Source of the DNA: a virus
Direction: 5' to 3' (one strand)
IMG/VR virus record: IMGVR_UViG_3300005830_000045
Coordinates: 1-64,000 of that record
Length of the DNA: 64,000 nucleotides
The notes under the pieces are model-generated. The model did no database searches. It saw only the letters and a list, made by a program, of their open reading frames with translations, and was not told where the DNA came from. This document shows, piece by piece, positions 1-9,538 of the stretch (positions are counted from its first letter, which is position 1; the number at the start of each line of letters is the position of its first letter). The position numbers were made by a program, and so were the translations under genes.

Positions 1-1
1 T

Positions 2-151
2 GGTAGAATGACAGGCCGTGCCGGAGCAGTTGATTCGAGAAATCTTTCTGCAGCCGGCATAGCTTTGCCTCCTTTTCATTTCCGATGTCGGTGTACAGTT
101 GATATTGATCCCGCTGTCGCTTCATTTGATGATTTGGCTCCTGTTACATAG
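2..151 (+). CDS. 3' end of phage minor head/morphogenesis protein (Mu gpF / SPP1 gp7-like), truncated by window start
   Basis: Manual translation of frame 2 gives ...ALPPFHFRCRCTVDIDP...VT*, the PPxHxxCRC signature of this family; it lies directly upstream of the protease. Confidence 0.8.
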   Translation, partial: GRMTGRAGAVDSRNLSAAGIALPPFHFRCRCTVDIDPAVASFDDLAPVT

Positions 152-164
152 CGTTGAAAAGGTT

Positions 165-192
165 TTGACTCTCATCCATAGGACGATAAACT
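165..192 (+). promoter_or_regulatory. Possible sigma70-type promoter upstream of the protease gene
   Basis: TTGACT-N16-TAAACT in the intergenic gap. Confidence 0.3.
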
Positions 193-229
193 TGACTTGC
201 TTGCGTATTTCGCTGAGCAAATAGGGAAC

Positions 230-814
230 ATGACAAAACGCAAACCACGTAGAGCAGTGACTTCTGCTGAAAAGCTAAAAGCAAGACCGGTCCAAAAGGT
301 GACTTCTGAAGCACTTGAAGGAAGCGGAAAACTTCAACCGGCAGCAATTAGTGGTTCTGGCGTGAAGGAACTGACCGAAGAAAAGGGCAAACTTGAAGAG
401 GCAGAGTTAGAAGTCTCAAAACGCTTGTTTGTTCCTATTCAAAAGGTCAACGATGAAGAGCAGACCATCACCGGTGTGGTTCTTCAGCCAGAAGTAGTGG
501 ACGCCCAAGGCGACATTATCAGCAAAGAAGTTATCAAAAATGCTGCGCACGATTATTTAAGAGGATACAACCAGGTAACCAAATTGGGTTTGATGCATAA
601 AGATTTCAAGCCGCAATTTGAGTTGTACGAATCATACATTGCTCCGGTTGATTTGGTTATCGGCCAGAAACAAGTGAAAGCAGACTCTTGGGTCATCGTT
701 GTTCACGTACTCAGCAAAAAAGTTTGGAATCAAGTCAAAGATGGAAAATTGACTGGCTTTTCTATTGGCGGAAAAGCGAAAGTCAAAAAGCTTCCTGCAA
801 GCAAAATAGTGTAA
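230..814 (+). CDS. XkdF-like prohead serine protease (S78_2 type)
   Basis: EQTITGVVLQPEVVDAQGD..GLMH..ESYIAP..SWV..VWNQVKDGKLTGFSIGG matches the XkdF core. ATG 230 preferred over TTG 197. Confidence 0.85.
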   Translation: MTKRKPRRAVTSAEKLKARPVQKVTSEALEGSGKLQPAAISGSGVKELTEEKGKLEEAELEVSKRLFVPIQKVNDEEQTITGVVLQPEVVDAQGDIISKEVIKNAAHDYLRGYNQVTKLGLMHKDFKPQFELYESYIAPVDLVIGQKQVKADSWVIVVHVLSKKVWNQVKDGKLTGFSIGGKAKVKKLPASKIV

Positions 815-832
815 GGCCAAAGGAGTAGAAAC

Positions 833-1780
833 TTGTCTTATGAAGCAAAACAGCGTTTCCTTGACCTTAGCGTGAACGAAATCTCTGTTGTTGATAAGCC
901 AGCAATTGAGGTTGAGTTTTTGGTCACGAAACGTATTGAGGAGGATCAAATGGAGGACATGGACCAGGACGTTACGGTCACCGCTGAAAAAAACGAAACA
1001 GGTGCCGAGATAGTATCCGTGGACGCACCTGCGTCCAATGAGGATGCCGCCGTCAATAAGGCATTGGAAAACGTTGCGGCGATGGTGGAAAACATTGCAA
1101 AGGCTGTTGGCGTGAATGCTTATTCGTCAGCCAAAGATGAGACGCAAGAAACTGCCAAGAGCGATGAAAAGAAAGTTTCAAACGAAGAAACCACCAAGGC
1201 CAAAACCAAGGCGGCAACACCGGCAACTCTTCGTGCTCTGTACGAGAAGCAACTGAAGGCCGCAGGAGTCAAAGGCGAAGCGTTTGAAAAAGCGATGAGC
1301 GAGTTTGACGAAGCAGCCAAAACGGAGAAAGAAACGACTAAGAATACAGAAGAAGAAAGCAAAGTCGAAACAGAAAAAAGTGATAAGGATCACGACGCTG
1401 AAGCTATCAAGTCTTTGGAACTTTTGGAACAAGCAATCAACAAAGCAAAAACTTTTACGCCTGGAAGGATTGCGCAACTCAAATCCATTTCAGAGCAGCT
1501 CCAAAAGTTGCTTTCCGGCGTGATGGAAGTCCCGCAAGGTGGCTCTCCAAAAACTTCCGTTCCAGGCGTTGGGATGCACGGAAACGCCTCTGCTGTTCAA
1601 CAGCTCACGAAGTCTGTTGAACGACTCACAGAAGCTGTTACAAAGTCTGTCGAAGGACAGTCTCAGCTTTCTGAAAGGGTGGAGGCAATCGAAAAGGCAA
1701 GAAATCCAGCGACTGCTTTGGAAAATGAAATAAGCGAAACTTCGGAAACAAAAAAGGGTTTTTGGACAGGTGTCCTTTAA
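833..1780 (+). CDS. Capsid scaffolding protein with N-terminal protease-type peptide; probable internal start at ATG 950
   Basis: Lies between protease and capsid; acidic and coiled-coil-like; many xxK-S/A sites; N-terminal EISVVDKPA; C-terminal KKGFWTGVL; GAGGAGG before in-frame ATG 950. Confidence 0.75.
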   Translation: MSYEAKQRFLDLSVNEISVVDKPAIEVEFLVTKRIEEDQMEDMDQDVTVTAEKNETGAEIVSVDAPASNEDAAVNKALENVAAMVENIAKAVGVNAYSSAKDETQETAKSDEKKVSNEETTKAKTKAATPATLRALYEKQLKAAGVKGEAFEKAMSEFDEAAKTEKETTKNTEEESKVETEKSDKDHDAEAIKSLELLEQAINKAKTFTPGRIAQLKSISEQLQKLLSGVMEVPQGGSPKTSVPGVGMHGNASAVQQLTKSVERLTEAVTKSVEGQSQLSERVEAIEKARNPATALENEISETSETKKGFWTGVL

Positions 1781-1840
1781 GCCGGATGGCCGGCAAACCC
1801 AAGTAAAGAAACGGTCAACCGGAAGAAAGGATCAAAGAAG

Positions 1841-3043
1841 ATGGGAAGCGTTTCTAACGAAGCAATGATCAACACTAATAAAGGCGTGATCACAGCAGAT
1901 GCCTTGGTTTCTCAAGGAAAGCTCAATGATGCGCAATCAGACCGTTTCATTGATTATGTTGTCGATGAAACTGTTTTGAAGAACAACGCTCGTGTCGTTC
2001 GTTTCAGAAATGAAAACCTCGACATCGACAAGATTGGTATCGGCGCACGCGCAGCGATGCCGAAAGCAGAAGCACGTGACCCTGGTGTTCGTCGTGGAGT
2101 CAGCACTTCAAAAGTCACTTTGACTCCCAAAGAGATCATGGTTCCTTTCGAGATTTCTGACATCTTTAGAGAAATCAATATTGAAGGCGATAACGTTGAA
2201 GACCACGTCATTCAGATGTTTGCTACTCAGATGGCAAACGATATGGAGGAAATGTACGTTGTCGGCAACACCCTTGGTCACGCCATCATCGAAAGTGATT
2301 ATCTCGGCTCTGGAAGCACGACGAAATATGTCAAAGACAATTACCTCGCACTTCACAATGGTTGGCAAGAAATCGCCAACGGCGCAAACGTTGTTGATGC
2401 TGAAGGCCAGAACATAGGCCTGGGCGTTTTCGGCAAGGCTATTCGGGCAATGCCGACAAAGTTCAGAAGGAACAAGAGGCAACTCCGCTGGTTCATGTCT
2501 CCTGACCTCTGGCAGCTTTACCTCGAAAAGCTGTCCACCCGTTCCACTGCTCTTGGCGATGAAGCTGCTGGTGGCGCGAACCATGGGCCTTTCGGCATCC
2601 CTTGTGTCGAGGTTCCACTTTGGGACTTCCTCCCGCCGGTTGTTGAGCACAAAGTTCTCAACGGCACGACAGCTGTATCGCTGCTTAATAGCAACGTTGC
2701 AAATGTTGTCGTCACTCCGAGTGACCTTGAAGACGAAGCAACTGATGCTTATGTCGATGGCACTGATTACAATCTTGATGCCGCAGCCGGAACTGTAGCG
2801 CGTGATGCTGGTGGGAGTATCGGCGATGGCGACACCGTCAAAATCACTTATAGCTCCAGCCCGCAGCTCATCCTTACGCACCAGAACAACTTCATTGTTG
2901 GTATTGGTCGTGATATCCGTATCGAGAAAGACAGGGACATTTTCAAGGGAGTGGACCAGTATGCCATTACAGCGAAATGCTCGGTCAACTTTGAGGAACT
3001 TTCCGCAATCGTCAAGGTCAGGAATATCGGTACAGGCGTGTAA
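1841..3043 (+). CDS. Major capsid protein (HK97 fold, XkdG-like) with an inserted beta domain
   Basis: GKLNDAQSDRFID, EINIEGDNVEDHV, RAMPTKF, NFIVGIGRDIRIE; 400 aa; follows the scaffold. Confidence 0.9.
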   Translation: MGSVSNEAMINTNKGVITADALVSQGKLNDAQSDRFIDYVVDETVLKNNARVVRFRNENLDIDKIGIGARAAMPKAEARDPGVRRGVSTSKVTLTPKEIMVPFEISDIFREINIEGDNVEDHVIQMFATQMANDMEEMYVVGNTLGHAIIESDYLGSGSTTKYVKDNYLALHNGWQEIANGANVVDAEGQNIGLGVFGKAIRAMPTKFRRNKRQLRWFMSPDLWQLYLEKLSTRSTALGDEAAGGANHGPFGIPCVEVPLWDFLPPVVEHKVLNGTTAVSLLNSNVANVVVTPSDLEDEATDAYVDGTDYNLDAAAGTVARDAGGSIGDGDTVKITYSSSPQLILTHQNNFIVGIGRDIRIEKDRDIFKGVDQYAITAKCSVNFEELSAIVKVRNIGTGV

Positions 3044-3110
3044 ACTTGCGTGGGGAACCACAGAAGTTTGAAAAATTAGCCATTGTTTGGAAGGTCTCAA
3101 AGGTGGCATC

Positions 3111-3524
3111 ATGAGAGCAAGAATTGAATTGACAGGTTGTCTTACGCATACTGCTCGCAGACCGTGTGTAAAGGGCAGACCTTTTTACACCACGAGTGCT
3201 TCTGAAATTGCATATTTTCAGTCGCAAGGAGTCTTTGCAGTAACAGTATTGGAAGGGAAGCCCCCAAAGGCCAAGGCAGAACTGAAACCTCCTGCGCCGT
3301 CAAAAGAAGTTGAAGTTGTTGAAGAAGAATGCGACGACAATGATCTGACAGTTGTGTCCTATACAAAGACCGATTTGGAAGCGACAAAAAAGGCTGACCT
3401 TCAAGCACTAGCTGCCGATGAATTTGAGCTTGACCTTGATCCAGACAGGATGTCTAAAAAGGTGATGGTTGCGGCCATACTAAAGGCTCAGATTGAACGT
3501 CTGGAAGCAAGCGAAGAGGAATAA
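3111..3524 (+). CDS. Hypothetical protein with C-terminal HeH/Rho-N-like helical domain
   Basis: YTKTDLEATKKADLQALA...MSKKVMVAAIL pattern; SD before ATG 3111. Confidence 0.5.
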   Translation: MRARIELTGCLTHTARRPCVKGRPFYTTSASEIAYFQSQGVFAVTVLEGKPPKAKAELKPPAPSKEVEVVEEECDDNDLTVVSYTKTDLEATKKADLQALAADEFELDLDPDRMSKKVMVAAILKAQIERLEASEEE

Positions 3525-3601
3525 GGCAGAGGCAACCCGTTTGAGGCGCGCACACCACTAAGCTCTTCAAACGGAATGCGCCTGTTTTGAGGAGCTAAAC
3601 C

Positions 3602-3883
3602 ATGACAGTAGAAAAACGATTCGTTGTTGTGGTTCCGGCAGGCACGGAGCCGCAACAAGTTGAAGATTTCCCAGAGGGTTGCGCACGGTGCAAACCAGGC
3701 GCATTATACGTAAGGCCTGGAAGCTTTGAAGTCACAGAAGGTGAATTGAAGCACATCCGGAAGCATCACAAGGATTTGGCTAGAAGAATCCAAGTTGTCA
3801 AAGGCCTTGTTGCTGAGCCGAAAGTGAAAAAGGCAGAACCGAAACCAAAGCCTGAATTGCCTAAGAAGAAAGATAAAAAGTAA
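3602..3883 (+). CDS. Hypothetical protein (CxxC, Lys-rich tail)
   Basis: GAGGAG SD and ATG; 93 aa. Confidence 0.6.
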   Translation: MTVEKRFVVVVPAGTEPQQVEDFPEGCARCKPGALYVRPGSFEVTEGELKHIRKHHKDLARRIQVVKGLVAEPKVKKAEPKPKPELPKKKDKK

Positions 3884-3934
3884 TTCAGTGCACAATTGGT
3901 TCCTTGCTTGGCAACGACCAACGGAGGAACATGG

Positions 3935-4393
3935 ATGCTCAAGATACACACCTCAGATGGGAAAACCCACAGAGTCGATTTATCGGATGAAGAGCAAGCC
4001 AAACATTGGCTTTCGCTCTTGAAAAGCTCTAATTTTCAAGAAGAAGTCACGGGTGTTTCTGTAGTTCAAGATTGCCATGGGAGAATACGTTGCTCAAATT
4101 GCAAAAAGCCAGGAAAATTAGTTTGTCAAGCTTGTGGCCAAAACGTTCCTTCTAATAGCAACACAAAGACGGGTGTCCAATATTCTTTATCGAGACCAGA
4201 TGGTTTCGATTCAGTCTTTTATGAAGTTGAACTCATAAGTCCAGAAATTGGTTCCAAAATCAGAGGTGGCGAAAAGGTTACATGTTTCGTTGGAAACCTA
4301 CGCGCAACGATGATGGTTCATGCCGGCCAACCTAGTGTTCGTGTCACCTTGTTGAAAACAGGGAAACGACGATATAATCCAAATAGTGGATGA
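3935..4393 (+). CDS. Hypothetical protein with zinc ribbon
   Basis: CSNC...CQAC; GGAGG SD before ATG 3935. Confidence 0.6.
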   Translation: MLKIHTSDGKTHRVDLSDEEQAKHWLSLLKSSNFQEEVTGVSVVQDCHGRIRCSNCKKPGKLVCQACGQNVPSNSNTKTGVQYSLSRPDGFDSVFYEVELISPEIGSKIRGGEKVTCFVGNLRATMMVHAGQPSVRVTLLKTGKRRYNPNSG

Positions 4394-4417
4394 AACCATT
4401 AGCAGGAGGTGATCCAA

Positions 4418-5959
4418 ATGGGTCTTTCACTACAAAGGATTGATTCCTTGTACAAGCCGGACACTTTTGATGACACCTTGTCCGCTGCGACGCTGGCGAC
4501 CCTGGAGGCCACCGCGGTGGATATGGCAGACTTTCAGGAAGGTTATCTTTCGCAGATAAAGCGTATCATCCATGGCAATGATTCAGGAAACTGGCACGAC
4601 GATATTGCGACTGTGTTTTCTCGCGTTGCGTCGTTGAAACAGCTTGCTTCCAAGACTCCATTGGATGAAAAGCTCACACTTCGATGGCGGCTGAATACCA
4701 CAGACCTCACCGCTGTCCCAGCAAGTGCGCAATACATTCTTCTTGACGGCGCTGGTGAGCCGCCTGACAAGGCGATTGCAATCAACGTGACGACGAAAGG
4801 CGCTGTGAGCGCTCAACTCGCAGGCGCTGTTGGCACAGCAGGGCTTGATGAGATTGCAGGCGCAAATACTTTGAACCCCAAAAATCTCGTTGCCATCTTT
4901 GATGGGAGCACCGGTGACCCTATTCTTTCGAGTGGTCGGCGTGTTTGGGGCCTTCTGCAAGTTGGAAGCGCAGCAACTGACGGAAACGCTTTTGCAACTT
5001 CTGGCAACGACCAAGGGCAAATTAGCTTTGTTCGTCCAAATGCAACGTATGATGATTTGGAACTTGTCCCGGCTGGAGACATGGACGGCGAAATCATCAT
5101 TTACGCATATTCCAATAGAAACGACATTGATTCCACCGCTGAAGATGAGTTCAGAGGCGGAATCAGCCAAGCAGACCCGCAGCAAGGTGTATCGGTCAGC
5201 CTTGATTCGGCCTATGATGGCGGAAACTTTATCGCTGCTGATGGCTCTGACATCGACTTCAGACTTTCTGACACTGTAAGTTTTGTCGTGCGAAAGGCTG
5301 GCGGGGCAGCAATGCTCACCGTCACGAGGAATGACGGCGGCAATGACATTGTCCAACTTGATGGAAGCGTGGATTTGTTCGATGTCAACGCGGCTGATTC
5401 TGATTTTGCAAACGGCGTCACCATTGATTCTGGCTCTCAGTCGATCAACGTTGGGAAAACGGCCAACGGCGTGATTGATTCTGCCTCTATCGAAACGCGG
5501 GCCACGGGTGGAAACAATACGCTGCAAGCTTCCGCAGACGTTCGGTTCATCACTGTCCGGGAAACTTCTGCGCTTCCTCTGGATGATGCAACTGCAGGAG
5601 CTATTAGCACTCTGACAGGAGGTCCGCACGCCTCTGTTTCGGCTGCAATCGCATACGCGATGACCGTGGGCGGCGCAGACCTTGGGCTCAAGGTTTTCAC
5701 AGCTGGTGCAAACTATGCTCGTGACGCCAACATTCCGGCAGCGACAGTTGACCTTACACAGTACAGCATCGACATGAATACGCCAGCAGGCGTAAATGCT
5801 TTTGTATTCTTGAATGGTCGATTGCTCGTTGGCGGAAACGTTACAACTCAAAATGATGCCTATGTCGGCGATACCGCAGCAAACGGCGACTTGAAAGTTG
5901 ATTTGGTCAAAGGCATAAAGACTGGTGACGTCATCATCACCATTACGCTGAAGGCATAA
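4418..5959 (+). CDS. Virion structural protein (G/A/D/T-rich; decoration or fibre-like)
   Basis: AGGAGG SD; beta-rich composition typical of virion proteins; located in the head module. Confidence 0.55.
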   Translation: MGLSLQRIDSLYKPDTFDDTLSAATLATLEATAVDMADFQEGYLSQIKRIIHGNDSGNWHDDIATVFSRVASLKQLASKTPLDEKLTLRWRLNTTDLTAVPASAQYILLDGAGEPPDKAIAINVTTKGAVSAQLAGAVGTAGLDEIAGANTLNPKNLVAIFDGSTGDPILSSGRRVWGLLQVGSAATDGNAFATSGNDQGQISFVRPNATYDDLELVPAGDMDGEIIIYAYSNRNDIDSTAEDEFRGGISQADPQQGVSVSLDSAYDGGNFIAADGSDIDFRLSDTVSFVVRKAGGAAMLTVTRNDGGNDIVQLDGSVDLFDVNAADSDFANGVTIDSGSQSINVGKTANGVIDSASIETRATGGNNTLQASADVRFITVRETSALPLDDATAGAISTLTGGPHASVSAAIAYAMTVGGADLGLKVFTAGANYARDANIPAATVDLTQYSIDMNTPAGVNAFVFLNGRLLVGGNVTTQNDAYVGDTAANGDLKVDLVKGIKTGDVIITITLKA

Positions 5960-6028
5960 TTGGTGTTCTAAGGTGTTCAACGGCGTGATTGGCCTTATTA
6001 TGGAGGCGCAAGCGCAAGGAGCAGAGCA

Positions 6029-6586
6029 GTGCAGAAAGACAGCGAAAAACGAGAATACGAGATAAGTGATCCCACTTCACTCGCAAAACTGTCAGGCGTC
6101 CAGCTTTCTATTTCATCACTCGAGCAAATGGCCGTGGAACTTACAACTGCTCTTCCAGAGAAACGTGGCGTTGTTCACGCCTGCAATGTTGTTGCCCAAA
6201 GAGTCATCGATGTGTGCGCAGGCGTGAACAATGAAGTTCAAGCGGAAAGAATGACGCCTGAAGAAGCAAGGATCAGGAACGATCAAACGATAAAGATTGC
6301 AGCGATTATCAGAGAAATAGGGAAACAGAACGATCATGACTTAGTTGCCATGCAGAATAAAGCAGTTGGCTATGTTGAAGCCGCAAACGCTATTTCCAAA
6401 AAGTTTGAAGCTATGGCGCTGAAATACGAAAAAGATGAACGTGTTGCCAAAGAAGATGAAGAAGATGAGCGAGAAGAAAAGATTGAAGCACCCAAGGGAA
6501 AGAAGAAAGTTCCGAAGAAAAAACCGAAGAAAACTGGAAATGTAAAAGCCAAAAAAGAAAAGAAAGCAGATGGGAAAGACTCCTGA
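6029..6586 (+). CDS. Hypothetical helical protein with acidic then Lys-rich C-terminus
   Basis: 185-aa ORF with SD; overlaps the next gene. Confidence 0.55.
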   Translation: MQKDSEKREYEISDPTSLAKLSGVQLSISSLEQMAVELTTALPEKRGVVHACNVVAQRVIDVCAGVNNEVQAERMTPEEARIRNDQTIKIAAIIREIGKQNDHDLVAMQNKAVGYVEAANAISKKFEAMALKYEKDERVAKEDEEDEREEKIEAPKGKKKVPKKKPKKTGNVKAKKEKKADGKDS

Positions 6587-7478
6587 CAGATTTCCAGGCT
6601 GTCGAGAAGAGGAAGAAATCCAACTCATTCCAGGCACTGAAAGCCCAACCGAAAATGGAATGTTTTCGTATCGTTCTGGTGCTGGATTTGAATTCTATGA
6701 AGAAGGCGCTGTCAAATCTCTAAGCGGCATAGGAGAAACCAATACAGCGTCAAACATAGGCGTGTCTGGAGTAGGCATATACAAAGAAAAAATTGGTGTT
6801 GATCTCCGTTTCAAGAAACTAAATTCTGGCTCTTCCAAAGTTACAGTTGTAGATGACGTTGGAAACGATGAGGTTGACGTTGACGTTGTAGAAGAAGAAA
6901 TTAGCCATGCGAATATAGGCGACATTGGCACCAATTCGCATAGTCAAATAGACAATCACATATCGGCCACATCCAACCCTCACTCTGTTACAGCGGCGCA
7001 AGCAGGCGCTGCCGCAACGGTTCATACGCACACTGAAGCAGACATTACAGACTTAGACCACACAGATACTAGCGCCATTCACGGCAATGTCCCTGGAGAA
7101 ATAAGCGCAATAAGCGAAAAGGTCTCTCCAATTAGCGCTGATATTATTATGATAGAAGACAGCGCGGATTCAAATAACAAGAAACGTATTCAGGTTGGGA
7201 ACCTTCCAGGTGGAGGCGGAGGGGGGCTAGCGACAAAGTCTGGTTCTATTACACAGGTTGCTTTTGGAACATCAAATCGTGCTTCTATAGCTTTTTCTTC
7301 TTCTTTTTCAGATTCAAATTATTCAATATCACTTAGTGCTTCAAGTGCGATTGCTGTTCCTATGGTTTTTTGGAGAAATAAAGCAATAAGCGGATTTGAT
7401 ATATACTTGCACGATAACATCCCTTCTGGCGTTACGTTTATTGTTGATTGGACTTGCGTCAAACACGGAGAAAGTTGA
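6570..7478 (+). CDS. Fibre-like protein with phage tail repeat motifs and a C-terminal lectin-like beta domain
   Basis: NPHSVTAAQAGAA, HTHTEADITDL, Gly6 linker, then SIAFSSSFSDSNYSISL..GFDI..VDW. Confidence 0.6.
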   Translation: MGKTPDRFPGCREEEEIQLIPGTESPTENGMFSYRSGAGFEFYEEGAVKSLSGIGETNTASNIGVSGVGIYKEKIGVDLRFKKLNSGSSKVTVVDDVGNDEVDVDVVEEEISHANIGDIGTNSHSQIDNHISATSNPHSVTAAQAGAAATVHTHTEADITDLDHTDTSAIHGNVPGEISAISEKVSPISADIIMIEDSADSNNKKRIQVGNLPGGGGGGLATKSGSITQVAFGTSNRASIAFSSSFSDSNYSISLSASSAIAVPMVFWRNKAISGFDIYLHDNIPSGVTFIVDWTCVKHGES

Positions 7479-7894
7479 TGGGCATCCAATACAATGGGCA
7501 TATTGTTTCAAATCCTTGTGCGCTAAAAGGCAAGGCGCATCCTGGTGTTTTCAATGATTCTACTTCACCATATAGAGTTTTTTTCGGTAATTATAATTTA
7601 TTTACTCAAGAATTGAACCAAAATATGACAATTGATGTTAGAGAACCAGGCTATGAATTAGAAGCCTCTCAAGGTTTAGGGTGTGGAGCGACGATTGTGT
7701 ATATTAGTGGCCTTTCAGGAAGTTCTGGGCCAAATTCTATAATTTGGACAATGTACAAATCAACTCCAATAAAATGGATGAACAACATAGTTCCGAATCA
7801 ATGCCATGATGGGACAAGAAGATTGCGTTGGTTGATTGCCATTTATTACTTGAACAATACAGCTTATGGCGTTGCAACGTTGATAAACTATTAG
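7478..7894 (+). CDS. Hypothetical fibre-associated protein
   Basis: TGATG coupling with the upstream gene; AT-rich; loosely resembles the next ORF. Confidence 0.5.
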   Translation: MGIQYNGHIVSNPCALKGKAHPGVFNDSTSPYRVFFGNYNLFTQELNQNMTIDVREPGYELEASQGLGCGATIVYISGLSGSSGPNSIIWTMYKSTPIKWMNNIVPNQCHDGTRRLRWLIAIYYLNNTAYGVATLINY

Positions 7895-7902
7895 GAGAAG
7901 AA

Positions 7903-8310
7903 ATGGATCAAACATTATTTGGAAGGATGACCATTACAGGGTCATCAATTCATTCCGATTTCTACGATAACGGTGACTCTGGTTCTGCGATTACAATTGA
8001 CACAGACAATGGCAATTATCAGAAGGTAAAATTGACAGCTGATTGCACAATAACGCTACGAAGCACAACAGGAATAGGAACAGCACGTTACACAATTCCA
8101 TTGGTTCTGTTATTGGTTCAAGACGCATCTGGTGGACACGTTGTCAATTGGGCTGCATACGGGGATGGAGCAATTGATTGGGCTAGCGGACAATTAGGAG
8201 CCATAACCATATCGGCAAACGCAGAAGATTTGTTGTTTGCTGTAGGCCTTTTCGACAACATTGGATCGAACATAGATTGGATGTGTTCGATTATGCACAA
8301 CTTTAAGTAA
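7903..8310 (+). CDS. Fibre-associated beta-sandwich protein
   Basis: ITIDTDNGNYQKVKLT..LVQDASGGHVVNW..IDWASG pattern seen in phage fibre modules; AGGAG SD. Confidence 0.5.
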   Translation: MDQTLFGRMTITGSSIHSDFYDNGDSGSAITIDTDNGNYQKVKLTADCTITLRSTTGIGTARYTIPLVLLLVQDASGGHVVNWAAYGDGAIDWASGQLGAITISANAEDLLFAVGLFDNIGSNIDWMCSIMHNFK

Positions 8311-8311
8311 C

Positions 8312-9433
8312 ATGAAGATACACTATCAAGTAGCTTCAAGTGATTTTTTAGATTGGAATGTTGTTGATTCCAAAGATTGGACTGGCCTTGGTTGTTTGTT
8401 TATAAATGCGATTTGCGTTCAAGGCGATATATGGCAAGGCTATGATGTTTATGGCGTAAAGAATCTTAGCAATGGCGCATTAGAAGTTGTTGGTTGTTGT
8501 GATTCTAAAGATTGGCCTCCAGGAACAAGATGGGCTCGTGTTGTAAAGTATGTGCCTTTGGGGCCTGATCCTCGCCCAGAATATGGAGGCGCAATAAATA
8601 GTTACAAGATTACAGAAATTTATGCCGATAATTTCTCTGCATTCTCCTACCACAAAAAAGATTCTTTATGTTGTTTCAAGCCTTGGGAAGACTTATATTT
8701 AAATAGATATTGTTGTAAAAATGGCATTTGGTTGTCTGATAAACAATTTGATGATTTAGACAAAAAAAGGTCTAAAAGAAGTTGGCGAGAATGGGGCGAG
8801 CACCTTTCGGTTGAAGAACTGGACAAAAACGGATTGGTTTTAGATCAATCTTCATTGGGTAGAAAGGTAGAACCAAAAGGCACTCAAACATTTATTATGA
8901 GAACAGGCACATCTTTTTATTACGCGCACACAGCGCAAAAGGTTCATAGTATATTGAAGGGATTTGGCACAGAAGATACAACCGTTGCTTCTGATATAAC
9001 TGGCGATGAAACATTGTTTATTTTTTGCGCCAAACCAGGTGCCCCTTGGGTCGCTCACTGGCCAAATAATGGTGTCTATAGATGTCAGATTGATGTGTCA
9101 TCTGCAACTACTGATTTGGCCTATGGCTTGAAGAATTTTGGATCTTCACCCGGACACTTTGGAAGAACAAGTAAAGAACACGGAACTTGTTTGCAGGCAA
9201 TCCAACAAGCTGAAGCTTCATTCACTGGTTCTGGGTTGAAGTTGGCCACTATAACAAATCCTTCTTGGTCGCTTGGTTCGCATTTCGATCAATTAGAAAT
9301 ACTTATTGCCGGAACAAGAACAACAGGCCATAGCAAGCAATCCTTGACGTTGAGGTTGAATAGGCCAGATGATTATATTGATGGGCCTTGGGAGCCTGTG
9401 CCCTGTGTAACGCAGGCAATGCTTGTCTTTTAG
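8312..9433 (+). CDS. Hypothetical protein
   Basis: 373-aa AT-rich ORF; no family recognised. Confidence 0.6.
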   Translation: MKIHYQVASSDFLDWNVVDSKDWTGLGCLFINAICVQGDIWQGYDVYGVKNLSNGALEVVGCCDSKDWPPGTRWARVVKYVPLGPDPRPEYGGAINSYKITEIYADNFSAFSYHKKDSLCCFKPWEDLYLNRYCCKNGIWLSDKQFDDLDKKRSKRSWREWGEHLSVEELDKNGLVLDQSSLGRKVEPKGTQTFIMRTGTSFYYAHTAQKVHSILKGFGTEDTTVASDITGDETLFIFCAKPGAPWVAHWPNNGVYRCQIDVSSATTDLAYGLKNFGSSPGHFGRTSKEHGTCLQAIQQAEASFTGSGLKLATITNPSWSLGSHFDQLEILIAGTRTTGHSKQSLTLRLNRPDDYIDGPWEPVPCVTQAMLVF

Positions 9434-9538
9434 ACAGAAAAGGTGAGAAAGATGAAAAGTTATTATGGATTTAGAGATTGGCCTTGAAGTCCAACATCTT
9501 TGATTGATTCAAAGCTTATCCAAGTGCTTTAGAGTGGT

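Noticed and set aside
1781-1794. GCCGG-ATGG-CCGGC hairpin after the scaffold stop, as a terminator
   Set aside because: No U-tract, and it lies directly before the capsid gene; at most a stabilising or processing hairpin.
2108-3112. 334-aa minus-strand ORF opposite the capsid gene
   Set aside because: No motifs; best explained as an antisense shadow of biased codon usage.
4583-5980. 465-aa minus-strand ORF
   Set aside because: Antisense shadow of the 4418-5959 structural gene; no recognisable protein features.
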